The notes: generated from the sequence alone by a model not told the origin. Positions 37,148-47,765 are shown, counted from the stretch's first letter. The stretch: DNA of 64,000 bases from Clostridia bacterium (GCA_017462735.1 JAFTQO010000009.1:76645-140644), one strand, 5' to 3'. Made by a program: numbers and translations.

Positions 37148-38094
37148 GCGATTTAGAAATAGAATTAGTCAAATACAGCAAAAAAACTTGGACGAAGAGC
37201 GCGGTGCTCGGCTTTTTTATCGGGCTTGCGGTCATTGTGCCGGGGATAAGCGGTTCTACGGTGGCAATTATTTTCAAACTGTACCGTCAGTTTTTGTACG
37301 CCGTAGGTCATCTTTTTGAAAAGTTTAAAAAGTGTTTCGTCTTTTTGTTGCCTATCGGTATCGGTATGGTCGTCGGCGTCGGGCTCGGTTTTATCGGGGT
37401 AAAGCAGTTGCTGGAAATATTACCCTTTGCCGTCATTTGTTTGTTTGCGGGGCTGATGACGGGTGCGTTCCCTGCCGTGAAAGACGAGATAAAAGGGGTT
37501 AAATTCACCCCTGTCCGCATCATTTTGCTGTGCGTAGGGGTATTGATTCCCGTCGCTATCGGCGTGGTCTCGGCGTTGCTTTCGACAAAAGGCGGCGCGG
37601 ACGTCTTTGCCGACGTACAATGGTGGCAAATATTGCTTGCGCTTGCCATAGGGTATTTGATGGCGATTACGCAGGTCGTGCCTGGGCTTAGCGCCAGCGC
37701 GATCTTGATGGCAATCGGCTGGTTTGCCGCGGTGATGGACAGCGTAAGTCTCACCTATTGGCGGGCAAACGGCAGCATCTTTTTCATCTACGGCGGGCTG
37801 GCTATCGGGTTCTTGCTCGGTTTGTTTACTTTCTCGAGGTTGTTGGATTTTCTCTTCAAAAAGGTCAAAGCGGCGACCTATTGCGCGGTGGTAGGTTTAT
37901 CCATTGGCTCTATCCTCTCGATGTTCTGCAACGGCGACGTAATCGCGGTGTATCAAAGTTGGGCGGTGGCGTTTGACCCCCTTGATTGTTTCTTGGGCGT
38001 TGCGTTGTTTGCCGTAGGGCTTGTCGGCTCTTATTTGCTCGTGAGGATCCAGCGCAAAAAAGACGCGGAACAAAAAATAGAATCCGCCGAATAA
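37144..38094 (+). CDS. DUF368 family membrane protein (PopT-type putative undecaprenyl-phosphate translocase)
   Basis: The duplicated signature GISGSTVAI...PGLSASAIL is the hallmark of DUF368. It overlaps the vanZ stop. Confidence 0.8.
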   Translation: MSDLEIELVKYSKKTWTKSAVLGFFIGLAVIVPGISGSTVAIIFKLYRQFLYAVGHLFEKFKKCFVFLLPIGIGMVVGVGLGFIGVKQLLEILPFAVICLFAGLMTGAFPAVKDEIKGVKFTPVRIILLCVGVLIPVAIGVVSALLSTKGGADVFADVQWWQILLALAIGYLMAITQVVPGLSASAILMAIGWFAAVMDSVSLTYWRANGSIFFIYGGLAIGFLLGLFTFSRLLDFLFKKVKAATYCAVVGLSIGSILSMFCNGDVIAVYQSWAVAFDPLDCFLGVALFAVGLVGSYLLVRIQRKKDAEQKIESAE

Positions 38095-38138
38095 CACAAA
38101 GGAAAAGCCCCCTTAAAGGGGGCTTTTATATACGAAAG

Positions 38139-38864
38139 ATGAGACTGAAAGACCTATTGGAAAAACTGAAAAAGAAATGGCAAGACGTCGGGTATACGTG
38201 CGACGTTTGCGACGGAGAGATATTCGATTATCCCGTCTCTCGTCTTTGCGCGGATTGTAAAAAGTCGCTGGTGGAAAACGACGGGTTGGCTTGTCCAAAA
38301 TGCGGTAGGGCGACGGTGACGGAAGGGGTGTGTTTAAACTGCAAAAAGAAGTTGCCTCTTTTTGACAAAGGGCTTTCCCCGTACGTATACTTTGACGAAG
38401 TGGCAGGGGTAATCAACCGCCTCAAAAGCGGACGTCCGTATCTTTCACGTTTTCTGGGCGAGCAGATGGCAGACCGTTTTTTAAAAGAGGAAACGCCTAC
38501 GGAAAATACGGTGGTCGTCTACGTGCCGTTGCATAGAGAAAAACGGCTTTCGCGCGGGTACGACCAAGCGGAAAAATTGGCAAAAGTGGTGGCGGATAGA
38601 TTGCGCTTGCCGCTTATCCCCGCGCTCGTTTGCGTAGGGAAAAAAGAGGCGCAGAAGGAACTGTCGTTGACGGAAAGACAAAAGAACGTAGCAGGTACCT
38701 ATCGGGTCAAGGTAAGAAAGGCAGTTAAAGACAAAAGGGTGCTTTTGATAGACGACGTAATGACGACGGGCGCAACGGGTAGCGAGTGCGCCGACAGACT
38801 CAAACGTGCAGGTGCGGCAGAAGTATATTTCTTGACGGCGGCATCCCTGCCCGAAAGGAAATAA
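38139..38864 (+). CDS. ComF family protein (double zinc ribbon + phosphoribosyltransferase domain, ComFC-like)
   Basis: The N-terminus has CDVCDG...CADCK...CPKCG...CLNCK. The C-terminus has LIDDVMTTGAT, a PRTase PRPP-binding motif. Confidence 0.75.
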   Translation: MRLKDLLEKLKKKWQDVGYTCDVCDGEIFDYPVSRLCADCKKSLVENDGLACPKCGRATVTEGVCLNCKKKLPLFDKGLSPYVYFDEVAGVINRLKSGRPYLSRFLGEQMADRFLKEETPTENTVVVYVPLHREKRLSRGYDQAEKLAKVVADRLRLPLIPALVCVGKKEAQKELSLTERQKNVAGTYRVKVRKAVKDKRVLLIDDVMTTGATGSECADRLKRAGAAEVYFLTAASLPERK

Positions 38865-38893
38865 AAAGACGGCTATTTAGCCGTCTTTTTTGC
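38862..38893. terminator. Bidirectional rho-independent terminator
   Basis: aaaaaGACGGCtatttaGCCGTCtttttt. Confidence 0.7.
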
Positions 38894-38904
38894 TTTGGTA
38901 GAAG

Positions 38905-39948
38905 TTAAAAATGCCTACGGGCGAGGACGAAATACCGCCACCAATACCCTGTGTCCGAAAGGTTGATGATTTCGGCGTTGTTTTTGGTGTTTGCCGTATG
39001 CAGCATGTAGTTGTCCCCCAGGTATATCCCGACGTGACGGATTTTTGTCGGCAGGGCGTGATTGACGTAATTTTCGCTAGTAAAGAACATCAAATCCCCC
39101 CGTTGCAAGTCGCCTGTGACAAGGGCCCCTTGTGATTGCTGGGTGGCGGTGTTCATCCCGATACAAATCCCTGCGCCCGTGTACATGGCGTATTGGGCAA
39201 GGGAAGAACAGTCCATTTTATGCTTATCAAAGCCGCTGATGAGTACCCCCTTTCCACCGTGTAGACGGGTTGCGCCGTAGACGTAAGGGGTGCCCACCGT
39301 CTCGTACGCTGCCGCCAGCACCTTTTCGATTTTTTCATTGCTACTTTTTTTCATTTGCGTCGTTTTTGCATACGATTTCGAGATATATCCGTACCCGTAG
39401 CGATAGCGGATTTTATAAAAATTCCCCGATTGTCCTACGAGGGCGTAGTATTTCCCTTTCTTTGCGGCGCCGAGCACCGTACTGCTAGTGGACGCCGAGG
39501 CGCGGATATTTACGCTGTCTCCCGTGCACAGGACGAATGGGTCGTACGTCGCCGTGGGTTGAGAAGAGACGGGGGTGGAAGAGCAGTAGGCGGCGGACAC
39601 GTACGCAACCTTGCCGTTGTGCAGGACGGAGTGCCATTTATCCCCCTTTTGGAGTAGGGAGAGTTTATCTCCTTTATAGGCAGAACCTACGATTGTGCCG
39701 CTGGTGGAAGCGGAAGCACGGATGTTGACCCCGTTTCCCGTACAATAGACGTAGCCTGTGACGACGGGCGTTTGCACATCGTTATCGGGCGTATTTCCGT
39801 CCATGCCCCCGTTATTTTCCCCGTTTTCAGGCAGAGGGGATTCTTGTACGGGTGGTGCCGATGCGTCCGTTTTTGCTTGGCAAGCGCTAGTAACGCCAAT
39901 CCCTATGCAAAGGGATAGGCTGACGAGCAATGCCGTTAGTTTTTTCAT
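38905..39948 (-). CDS. Lipoprotein cell-wall hydrolase: 2x SH3b domains + C-terminal NlpC/P60 (C40) peptidase
   Basis: Lipobox VTSAC. The SH3b unit VNIRASASTSGTIVG...GDKL... occurs twice. The C-terminus has the catalytic DCSSL...H context. Confidence 0.85.
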   Translation of the reverse strand: MKKLTALLVSLSLCIGIGVTSACQAKTDASAPPVQESPLPENGENNGGMDGNTPDNDVQTPVVTGYVYCTGNGVNIRASASTSGTIVGSAYKGDKLSLLQKGDKWHSVLHNGKVAYVSAAYCSSTPVSSQPTATYDPFVLCTGDSVNIRASASTSSTVLGAAKKGKYYALVGQSGNFYKIRYRYGYGYISKSYAKTTQMKKSSNEKIEKVLAAAYETVGTPYVYGATRLHGGKGVLISGFDKHKMDCSSLAQYAMYTGAGICIGMNTATQQSQGALVTGDLQRGDLMFFTSENYVNHALPTKIRHVGIYLGDNYMLHTANTKNNAEIINLSDTGYWWRYFVLARRHF

Positions 39949-40212
39949 AAGTAACCTCCTTTGCGCCTCGTTTAAGGCGCGGTTGATTTTATGGCGTTTT
40001 TTGCCTCGTATATTGTAAAGGGCGAGAAAGGCAAAGGCAATAGTGACGGTTTGGTAAGTCAGGAGGTGTTTTTCTCGTTTGGTAGCGGTTGGTAAAAAAA
40101 AGGTGGCAAACCCCTAAAAAAAGGCAAAACCCCCAAAAGTTACTTGGCGGTTGCTTGCGTTTTCTGGTCCTATTGTGGTATAATAATCGTAAAGAAGCAT
40201 CGTGAGGCAGTT

Positions 40213-41064
40213 ATGGCTACATTTTTAACGGACGTGCATACCCACTCTACCTATTCCCCCGACGGCGTAAGCCCCTTGGAAGAGATGGTAAAGACCGCGC
40301 AAGCAAAAGGCATCGCCTTTTACGGGGTTAGCGAGCACGTCAACTACGATATGTTGGTGGCGGAGCAGGACGGCAGGATATACGCGACCGAACGGCACAC
40401 CGACGTGGACGGGTATTTTCACGCCGCAAGGCATTTACAAGAAGATTACGCGGGCGTGATGAACGTACTTGTCGGCGCGGAACTCGGCTATACCGACGAC
40501 GTCCGCGCGCAAAATATGTATAAGGAACTTATCCAAAAGCACTCGCCCGACTTTATCGTGAACAGTATCCATACCCTCGGCGGGATTGATTATTGGAGCG
40601 GCGATCCTTATTATACGGAGGGCAGAGAAAGCGTGCGGGATAAGCGCGAGGTATACGAGGAATATTTGCGCTTAGTTCTTCGCAGCGTGAAAGCGGATTA
40701 CGACTACGATATCATCGGGCATATCGGGTATCCCACCCGTTACGCCCCCTATGCGGATAGAAGTATGCCGTATGCGGAATACGCCAAAGAAATCGACGAA
40801 GTTTTGGTGGAAATTATTGCGCGTGGTAAAATTTTAGAGGTCAATTCCTCCAACGATAAAGGGGTGTCGATGACCCTGCCTGATAGAGAAATTATGCAAA
40901 GGTATTTTGATTTAGGTGGCAGAAAAGTCTCCTATTCTTCCGACGCGCACGACACGGCACGCATTATGGACAAGCGGGAAAAGGTGGTGGCAATGCTCAA
41001 AGAAATCGGCTTTACCTATTTGACGGTGCCTTGCAAGGGTGAACATATCCAAGTGGAGATATAA
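40213..41064 (+). CDS. PHP family metal-dependent phosphoesterase (histidinol-phosphatase HisK-like)
   Basis: The N-terminal DVHTHSTYSPDG is the PHP motif 1. Further H/D/E metal-ligand motifs are present (SEHVNYD, NSIHT, GHIGYP). Confidence 0.75.
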   Translation: MATFLTDVHTHSTYSPDGVSPLEEMVKTAQAKGIAFYGVSEHVNYDMLVAEQDGRIYATERHTDVDGYFHAARHLQEDYAGVMNVLVGAELGYTDDVRAQNMYKELIQKHSPDFIVNSIHTLGGIDYWSGDPYYTEGRESVRDKREVYEEYLRLVLRSVKADYDYDIIGHIGYPTRYAPYADRSMPYAEYAKEIDEVLVEIIARGKILEVNSSNDKGVSMTLPDREIMQRYFDLGGRKVSYSSDAHDTARIMDKREKVVAMLKEIGFTYLTVPCKGEHIQVEI

Positions 41065-41065
41065 G

Positions 41066-41272
41066 ATGTCAAAACTCGACTTATTGAAATTTTTACAAAC
41101 GTACGGCGAAGAAGTGTCGCTTGCCGATTTCACACCCGAACAGTTGCAGGAATATATCGACGAGTTGGCGCAAAAAGAGGACTTGCCGATGACGCCTGAG
41201 GCGTTTAAAGAAGCGTATTTTGCCTACTACGACGACGTGAAAGATAAAACGCTGAAAAAACAAGATTGGTAA
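41066..41272 (+). CDS. Small hypothetical protein (68 aa), co-transcribed with the PHP gene
   Basis: Its start is 1 nt after the upstream stop. The product is acidic and helical, with no motif. Confidence 0.4.
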   Translation: MSKLDLLKFLQTYGEEVSLADFTPEQLQEYIDELAQKEDLPMTPEAFKEAYFAYYDDVKDKTLKKQDW

Positions 41273-41325
41273 TAAAAAAAGGTTAAGATGAAAAACATCT
41301 TAACCTTTTTTAGTTGAGAGAAGGG

Positions 41326-43095
41326 TTATTCAATCGATTTCAACGAAGCGTTCATATCCGTCTTCACAATTTTTTTCTTTAAAAGCAGGGTCGCTAAGAA
41401 ACAGAAGAACATCGTGATAACGGGGGTGATTACGTAAGACCACCAATTGATGTCGGCGACGGAGCCGAAATCGATTAAGTTGAACACAAAGTCTACGAAA
41501 AAGTAACCGAATATAAGACCGAACAAAGCGCCGATAACGCCCATGATATAAATTTCGCGGAAGATATATCCCGAGACTTCTTTGTCGTTGTATCCCAAGA
41601 CCATCAGCGTGGCAATTTCCCGTTTTCGCTCTCCTACGTTAATGTTCGTCAAGTTGTAGACGACCAGCGCGCACAAAGCGGCGGAAAAAACCAGCAGGGC
41701 AATCGAGATGGAAATCAAAGAACTGCCTCCTTCCGTTGTCGAGGCGCAATCCAAAAGCCCTAATCCTGCAAAGACCAATACGGTAGAGCCGATTACCGAC
41801 AGTACGGTCATAAAGAATCTGCCTTTGAAAAGTAGCACGTTCCTAAGCGTGGACTTATACCGAAAACTCAATTTGTTCCAGACGGCAGGGATTTTTTCGA
41901 GGAAAACTTTTTTGCCTGATTTTGCCATTTTCGGCGCCAACAAAGCCGTCGGTTTGCCCGAGGAAAGTTTGAGTCCCGCAAAGAGGGTTAGCAGGGTATT
42001 GCTGACGAGGATGATGATAAAGGAGACGAGGAAGAAAGGATGATAGGAAGTCTTCGGGAAGGCGGGCATTCTGTATTGCAGGTTGAACGCGTTGTAAATA
42101 ATACTCGTCAGCGCTTGCCCGACGCCAAAGGCGAGGAGCCCGCCGAGGAGACTGGCTAGAAACACGAACAAAACGTACCTGCCGACAATCTTCCCTTGGG
42201 AGTGTCCCAGCGTTTTCATACAGGCGATTTGGTTTCTTTCTTCGTCGAACAGTCTCGACATGGTCGAGTAGACGACAAGCAGGGTGATAAGCAAGAAAAA
42301 GACGACGAAGATAATCGCGATATCTCCCACCTTTTCGCCGTAGGCGGAAAGAACGTATAAGCCTAAGTTTTCATACAAACTCAAGACGGTGACGTCCGCG
42401 GATACGTTTTGCGAGATTTCTTCTTTTAGCGAATGGATTTCTTGCTTGTAATCGTCGCTGAAAGAGTCGAATAACGCCCTGTCGGCAAGGCTGACGTAGA
42501 CGTCGTTGATAAGCGGCGCGGGCGAGGGGAGATAAAAGACTTTACAAAGGTGCTTGTCTTCGTATTGAAAACTCATATCCTCGTTTTGATAGACGAGCAG
42601 GGGATTGGCTACAATTCCGCAGACGGTGTAGTCTGCGCCTGAGATGGAGACGACGTCGCCTATCTTATGCGCCTTTATGCCTTCCGTTTCCCGTTCGGCG
42701 AGAATTTCTTGAGAGTTTTGAGGGAGCCTCCCGTCTATCAATTCCAGTTTGTTGACGGGCGAGGAGAGGTCGTGACTATAAACCCTTACCACTTGCCCCT
42801 CTTCTAAATATTCGTACGAAAAACTCGTCAAGACGTTTTCTTCGCCGAATTTGTCTTTCAGCCATTGCACGTCTTGGGCAAGAAAACCGCTAGGGCTACC
42901 GCTTTTTAAATAAAGATCAGCCACGTTTTGCGATTGATAATAGTCGTTGACGGCAACGCTGATGACGGGGTCGACTTCGCCTATGCCCGCCATAAAGCCT
43001 ATGCTGACAATCACGATAATGAGCAGACTGAAAAACCGAGACAGTTGATTTTTAAATAGTCTAATAGTACATCTTGAAAGCGCTTTCATTACCAT
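41326..43095 (-). CDS. ABC transporter permease, FtsX/MacB family (duplicated 4-TM FtsX domains)
   Basis: It is 589 aa. It has two FtsX-like TM blocks separated by a large extracytoplasmic domain. It overlaps the ATPase gene. Confidence 0.85.
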   Translation of the reverse strand: MVMKALSRCTIRLFKNQLSRFFSLLIIVIVSIGFMAGIGEVDPVISVAVNDYYQSQNVADLYLKSGSPSGFLAQDVQWLKDKFGEENVLTSFSYEYLEEGQVVRVYSHDLSSPVNKLELIDGRLPQNSQEILAERETEGIKAHKIGDVVSISGADYTVCGIVANPLLVYQNEDMSFQYEDKHLCKVFYLPSPAPLINDVYVSLADRALFDSFSDDYKQEIHSLKEEISQNVSADVTVLSLYENLGLYVLSAYGEKVGDIAIIFVVFFLLITLLVVYSTMSRLFDEERNQIACMKTLGHSQGKIVGRYVLFVFLASLLGGLLAFGVGQALTSIIYNAFNLQYRMPAFPKTSYHPFFLVSFIIILVSNTLLTLFAGLKLSSGKPTALLAPKMAKSGKKVFLEKIPAVWNKLSFRYKSTLRNVLLFKGRFFMTVLSVIGSTVLVFAGLGLLDCASTTEGGSSLISISIALLVFSAALCALVVYNLTNINVGERKREIATLMVLGYNDKEVSGYIFREIYIMGVIGALFGLIFGYFFVDFVFNLIDFGSVADINWWSYVITPVITMFFCFLATLLLKKKIVKTDMNASLKSIE

Positions 43096-43790
43096 TCAAT
43101 CTCCGATATAGGCGTTGGATTGTCGTTGATTTCGATGCTTTCAATTTGCCCGTTTTTGATATGGATTACTTTATCCGCCATATATTTGATAGCGGAATTG
43201 TGCGTGACGACGATGACGAGTTTATGGTTGTTTTTGGACACGCTATGCAAAAGTTCTAAGATGTTTTTCCCGATTTGATAGTCCAAAGCCCCCGTAGGTT
43301 CGTCGCATAAAAGCAATTTTGGATTTTTAGCGACCGCCCTTGCGATGCTTACCCGTTGTTGTTCGCCGCCCGAAAGTTGCGCGGGGAAATGGTGGAGTCT
43401 TTCTTCTAAGCCTACCTCTTTTAAAACCTCTAAGGGGGACAGGGCGTCTTTGCAAATTTCCGTCGCGAGTTCTACGTTTTCCAGCGCTGTCAAATTGGGC
43501 ATTAGATTATAAAACTGAAAGATAAAGCCGATATCCGTCCTGCGGTAGAGGGTCAATTCCTTTTTCGTGAGGGAGGAAAGGGCTTTTCCGTCCACTTCAA
43601 TCTCGCCTTGCGACAAAGTATCCATACCCCCTAACAAGTTCAAAAGGGTGGTTTTTCCAGCGCCGCTTTGCCCCAACACGACGACGAATTCTCCGTCGTT
43701 TAACTCAAAGGAGACGTTTTTCAGCGCAAAAAAACTGCCCGCTTCGCTTTTGTATTCTTTACAAACGTTTTTTAAGGTAAGATAACTCAT
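43089..43790 (-). CDS. ABC transporter ATP-binding protein (MacB/LolD-like)
   Basis: Walker [24 protein letters not shown], Walker [12 protein letters not shown] and H-loop are present. The ATG at 43790 follows GAGG. Confidence 0.9.
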   Translation of the reverse strand: MSYLTLKNVCKEYKSEAGSFFALKNVSFELNDGEFVVVLGQSGAGKTTLLNLLGGMDTLSQGEIEVDGKALSSLTKKELTLYRRTDIGFIFQFYNLMPNLTALENVELATEICKDALSPLEVLKEVGLEERLHHFPAQLSGGEQQRVSIARAVAKNPKLLLCDEPTGALDYQIGKNILELLHSVSKNNHKLVIVVTHNSAIKYMADKVIHIKNGQIESIEINDNPTPISEIEW

Positions 43791-43805
43791 AGTGTTCCTC
43801 AAAGT

Positions 43806-44579
43806 TTATTGTTTTTTAGCGGCGGCTATTTCTTCGTCTGCCGCAGGGGGCGCCTTTTGCTTTTTAGCGGCGCGCTTTGCCAATTTTTTCGCTCGTTTCG
43901 TTTCCTTTTCCTCTTCTTTTTGACGGATTTTTTCTTGTTTTTTCAGTTCCTCTTGTTCTCGGCGGGATTGAAAGTCTTTTTCTACAAGCGGCTCTAAAAT
44001 GCTTAAATTTTTCTCGTCTAATTCCGTGACAATGGGTTCCGGCTCCGTCTCTTTGCCCGTCAACCGCTTAAAGAAATTGCCGACGTTTCGCTTGGTTTCC
44101 GTGATGGGGCGGATGTCGTGCATGATGGCGCTGACAAACAAGGACAAACGTTGTTCGACGATATATACCAAGACGTCGAAGATAATTTGTAAGATGAAAA
44201 AGACGACCATCAGTACGGCGAGCACAACGGAAAATGGCGTGATAGATTTAACCGTTTGAAACACCCCGAAAATCATAACGCCAAGGGTGTAAAGTTTTGC
44301 AAGCCGTTTGCAACAGGTGAGAAGTTTTTTTGCCGTTCTCCCCTTTTTTTGCGCGTCCATATCCTTCCCGCACTTCGTTATCAGGGCGAAGAAGAGGAAA
44401 TAGGCGGCGGAGAGCAGGCAAAGGGCGCCGTTGATAATATGCGTAATTCCCGTAGAGGTAATCGTTGCGTACACCAAGAAAAGGAGGTATACGATTTGCA
44501 GTAAAAAGGTAGTGCCGTACTGGATACGTTTGCAGTCCTTTACCGTTTTGTGGTAGGCTGCCATAGTATAATCAAACAC
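43806..44579 (-). CDS. Hypothetical membrane protein with lysine/glutamate-rich C-terminal tail
   Basis: It has 4 to 5 TM helices and a KKQEKIRQKEEEKETKRAKKLAKRAAKKQK tail. Confidence 0.5.
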   Translation of the reverse strand: MFDYTMAAYHKTVKDCKRIQYGTTFLLQIVYLLFLVYATITSTGITHIINGALCLLSAAYFLFFALITKCGKDMDAQKKGRTAKKLLTCCKRLAKLYTLGVMIFGVFQTVKSITPFSVVLAVLMVVFFILQIIFDVLVYIVEQRLSLFVSAIMHDIRPITETKRNVGNFFKRLTGKETEPEPIVTELDEKNLSILEPLVEKDFQSRREQEELKKQEKIRQKEEEKETKRAKKLAKRAAKKQKAPPAADEEIAAAKKQ

Positions 44580-44684
44580 GTGGATTCCTCCTTATTTTTT
44601 TTGTATTATACTACGAAAATACAAAAAAGTAAATAGTAAAAAATAGAAAAACGGGCAGTTTTGCCCGTTTTTGTAAGGGATTGG

Positions 44685-46778
44685 TTATTTTACGCTGAAA
44701 ATAAGGTCGTAGTAGGTGGGGAGAGGCCAGTACTCTTTGGCGCACAGCCGCTCCATTTCGTCGGCGAGGCTGCGGACGGTTTCCATATCGGGTACGATGA
44801 CGTGCGCCGTACGCATAGCCGCCGTGGTCTCGTCCTTGGGCATATCCGCAAGGTCGCTTTTCAGTTTCTCTACCGCCAGCATCATATGTTCGTTGTTGGT
44901 GGCGAGTTTCTTGATAAGTTCTTCTTCTTTTGCGGTGGGCAGGGAAGAGAATAAGCCTTTTTTTGCGGAAAGGGCTGTGCACAACACGGTCACGTATTTT
45001 TCTACGGCAGGGAAGATTTGTTTGGTGGCGATATCAATGGTGGTCAGCGCTTCCACCGTCACCGTCTTGACGTAGTTTTCCAGTTGAATATTCGCCCTGG
45101 CAATCGCTTCGTTCCTCGTATACACCCCTTGGCGTACGAAGACGTCCACGTTTTCCTTTTTGAAAAGTTCGGCAACGGCGTCGGCGGTATTTTTGTGGTT
45201 GAGAAGTCCTCTTCTTTCCGCTTCCGCTTCCCACTCGGGGCCGTAGCCGTTGTAGTTAAAGATAATGCGGTGGTGTTTTTTGAGCAGTTTTTCGGTATAA
45301 GCGGTCACCGTACTTTCAAACTCCGCGCCCTCCGCTTTCAGCATTTTTTCCAGTTTTTCCACCGCGTCCTCAAACGCCTCTGCGACGATGGTGTTGAGCA
45401 CGACGTTAGGGTCGGCGACGGACGCAGAAGAACCGAGCATACGGAACTCAAATTTATTCCCGGTAAACGCAAAAGGCGAGGTGCGGTTTCTGTCCGTGGA
45501 GTCGATGGGGAAGATAGGGCTTTCGGGTACGCCGATAGACCCTTTTACCGCCTTGTGAGGCGTATAATTTTTACCGAGGACGATACTGTCGACAAGTTCG
45601 CCGAGTTCGTCGCCTAAATAGACGGAAATAATCGCGGGCGGCGCCTCAAACCCACCCAAACGGTGGTCGTTGCCTGCGGTAGCAACGCTTGCGCGAAGTA
45701 CCCCTTGGTATTTGTCTACCGCCTTGATGACGCAAGCAAGGATAAGCATAAACAGTTTGTTGCTTTCAGGGTGCTCGCCGGGGTCAAGCAAATTCATACC
45801 CGTAGTAGAGAGCGACCAGTTGTTGTGTTTACCGCTACCGTTGATACCGCGGAAGGGCTTTTCGTGCAACAGGCAAGCAAGTCCGTGATTTGCCGCCACC
45901 TTTTTCATAATCTCCATCGTCAGTTGGTTGTTGTCGACGGCGACGTTGGTGGTAGTGAAGATGGGCGCAAGTTCGTGCTGAGCGGGCGCAGCCTCGTTAT
46001 GCTTGGTCTTGGAGAGTACGCCGTATTTCCAAAGGGTTTCGTCCAAATCCTTCATAAATTCCGCTACGCGCGGCTTTAAGGTGGCAAAATAATGGTCGTC
46101 CATTTCCTGCCCTTTGGGTGGACGAGTACCGAATAAGGTGCGCCCCGTTAAAATCAGGTCCTCACGCTTTTCATACATATCCTTGTCCACGAGGAAATAT
46201 TCCTGTTCGGGCCCTACCGTGGTATTGACTTTTGCCGTTTCAATGCCAAATAAATGCAACAGTTTTTTGGCGGCGCGGTCAATGGCGGTCATCGATTTCA
46301 AAAGTGGCGCCTTTTTGTCCAGCGTCTCGCCCGTGTAGGAAATGAAAATAGTCGGGATATACAGAGTCCCTTCCTTGACGAAGGCAGGGGAGGTCGGGTC
46401 CCAAGCGGTATAACCGCGTGCGCGCTCGGTGGCTCTCGTCCCGCCCGAAGGGAAGGAGGAGGCGTCAGGCTCGCCAACCGTCAACGATTTCCCCGTGAGT
46501 TGCATAATGACGGCGTCGCCGCCGACAGGCTCGATAAAACTGTCGTGCTTTTCGGCGGTGAGGTTGGTCAAGGGCTGAAACCAATGCGCATAGTGGGTAG
46601 CCCCTTTGGACAACGCCCAGTCTTTCATCGCGTTGGCAACGGAGTCGGCAATCGACATATCAATCGTTTCACCTGCGTCAATCGTCTTTCTCAAAGATTT
46701 GTATACGTCGCGGGGCAGGGTGCTGCGCATCACGACGTCGTTGAATACGTTGGAGCCGAAATATTCGGGTACGTTCAT
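44685..46778 (-). CDS. glnN: Glutamine synthetase type III
   Basis: It is 697 aa. The N-terminus MNVPEYFGSNVFNDVVMRS is typical of GlnN, and the internal GS catalytic motifs are present. Confidence 0.9.
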   Translation of the reverse strand: MNVPEYFGSNVFNDVVMRSTLPRDVYKSLRKTIDAGETIDMSIADSVANAMKDWALSKGATHYAHWFQPLTNLTAEKHDSFIEPVGGDAVIMQLTGKSLTVGEPDASSFPSGGTRATERARGYTAWDPTSPAFVKEGTLYIPTIFISYTGETLDKKAPLLKSMTAIDRAAKKLLHLFGIETAKVNTTVGPEQEYFLVDKDMYEKREDLILTGRTLFGTRPPKGQEMDDHYFATLKPRVAEFMKDLDETLWKYGVLSKTKHNEAAPAQHELAPIFTTTNVAVDNNQLTMEIMKKVAANHGLACLLHEKPFRGINGSGKHNNWSLSTTGMNLLDPGEHPESNKLFMLILACVIKAVDKYQGVLRASVATAGNDHRLGGFEAPPAIISVYLGDELGELVDSIVLGKNYTPHKAVKGSIGVPESPIFPIDSTDRNRTSPFAFTGNKFEFRMLGSSASVADPNVVLNTIVAEAFEDAVEKLEKMLKAEGAEFESTVTAYTEKLLKKHHRIIFNYNGYGPEWEAEAERRGLLNHKNTADAVAELFKKENVDVFVRQGVYTRNEAIARANIQLENYVKTVTVEALTTIDIATKQIFPAVEKYVTVLCTALSAKKGLFSSLPTAKEEELIKKLATNNEHMMLAVEKLKSDLADMPKDETTAAMRTAHVIVPDMETVRSLADEMERLCAKEYWPLPTYYDLIFSVK

Positions 46779-47063
46779 AGGTAAGTCTCCTTTTTCTCGC
46801 TTTGTTACGAGATTGGTAGGTCAATTATACGCAAAAACTGCCTAAAAAGCAACTCATTTTCAGCCGTTTTTGCCAAAAATCGGCTTTTCGTTAAAAAAAC
46901 CGCAAAAAATTATATTTTACTTGAAAAAACAAATCAAAAATAATCAAAAACAAAAATAAAAGCGCTTGAAAACTTTAAAAAATAATGTTTGTCAAAAATG
47001 AAAGGTCGAAAAACAGGCGAAATATTGACAAAAAAGCAAGGGGTAAGGTATAATAAAACGGCT

Positions 47064-47651
47064 ATGAAAATAAATTTTGACGAAAAAATGCAAGAAATCA
47101 TCAAAAATGAGAAAAACAAGCCAAAACTCTTATTGCACAGTTGCTGTGCGCCCTGTTCTTCGGCTTGTTTGGAGAGGATTGCAAAGCATTTTCAAGTGAC
47201 CGTCCTCTATTACAACCCCAATATCGACGACGAGGCGGAGTACGAAAAGAGAAAGTCGGAGCAAATTCGGTTTTTGCAAGAAACGGGGTATGCGGACGTT
47301 TTGGACTGCGGACACGAAAAAGAAAAGTTTGAAGAGATGGCAAAGGGGTTAGAGGAGGAGCCTGAAAGGGGCAAGCGTTGCTATCTGTGTTACGAACTGC
47401 GTCTAAAAAAGACGGCAGAGGTTGCCAAGGCGCGCGCCTTCGATTATTTTTGCACGACGCTGACACTTAGCCCGCACAAAAATGCAGACTGGCTCAACGA
47501 AATCGGGTATCGCTTGGAAAAGGAGTTGGGCGTAAATTATCTGCCTAGCGACTTTAAAAAGCAGGGCGGTTATCTTCGCTCGATAGAACTTTCCAACGAG
47601 TACGGCTTGTATAGACAGTCCTTCTGCGGTTGCAAGTACTCTAAAAGGTAA
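47064..47651 (+). CDS. queH: Epoxyqueuosine reductase QueH (DUF208)
   Basis: The LLLHSCCAPCSS motif and the C-terminal CYLCYELR...FCGCKYS cysteines match QueH. An upstream TTGACA-N18-TATAAT promoter is present. Confidence 0.85.
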   Translation: MKINFDEKMQEIIKNEKNKPKLLLHSCCAPCSSACLERIAKHFQVTVLYYNPNIDDEAEYEKRKSEQIRFLQETGYADVLDCGHEKEKFEEMAKGLEEEPERGKRCYLCYELRLKKTAEVAKARAFDYFCTTLTLSPHKNADWLNEIGYRLEKELGVNYLPSDFKKQGGYLRSIELSNEYGLYRQSFCGCKYSKR

Positions 47652-47671
47652 AAAACGTATATGATTATCCG

Positions 47672-47765
47672 CGAGATTCTTCGCTACGCTCAAGAATGAC
47701 GGCGCGGATAACGCAAGGAAGAAGCCCATAGGCAATGCGTCATTCTCGAATGGAGCGAAGCGTAA
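47672..47765. repeat. Left flank of the GIY-YIG gene: nested hairpin (ttatccgcg...cgcggataa) plus copy 1 of direct repeat GTCATTCTYGAATGGAGCGAAGCG
   Basis: Direct repeat copy 1 lies at 47738..47761. Copy 2 lies at 48141..48164. An inverted, degenerate copy (gattcttcgctacgctcaagaatgac) sits inside the hairpin at 47676..47702. Confidence 0.6.
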
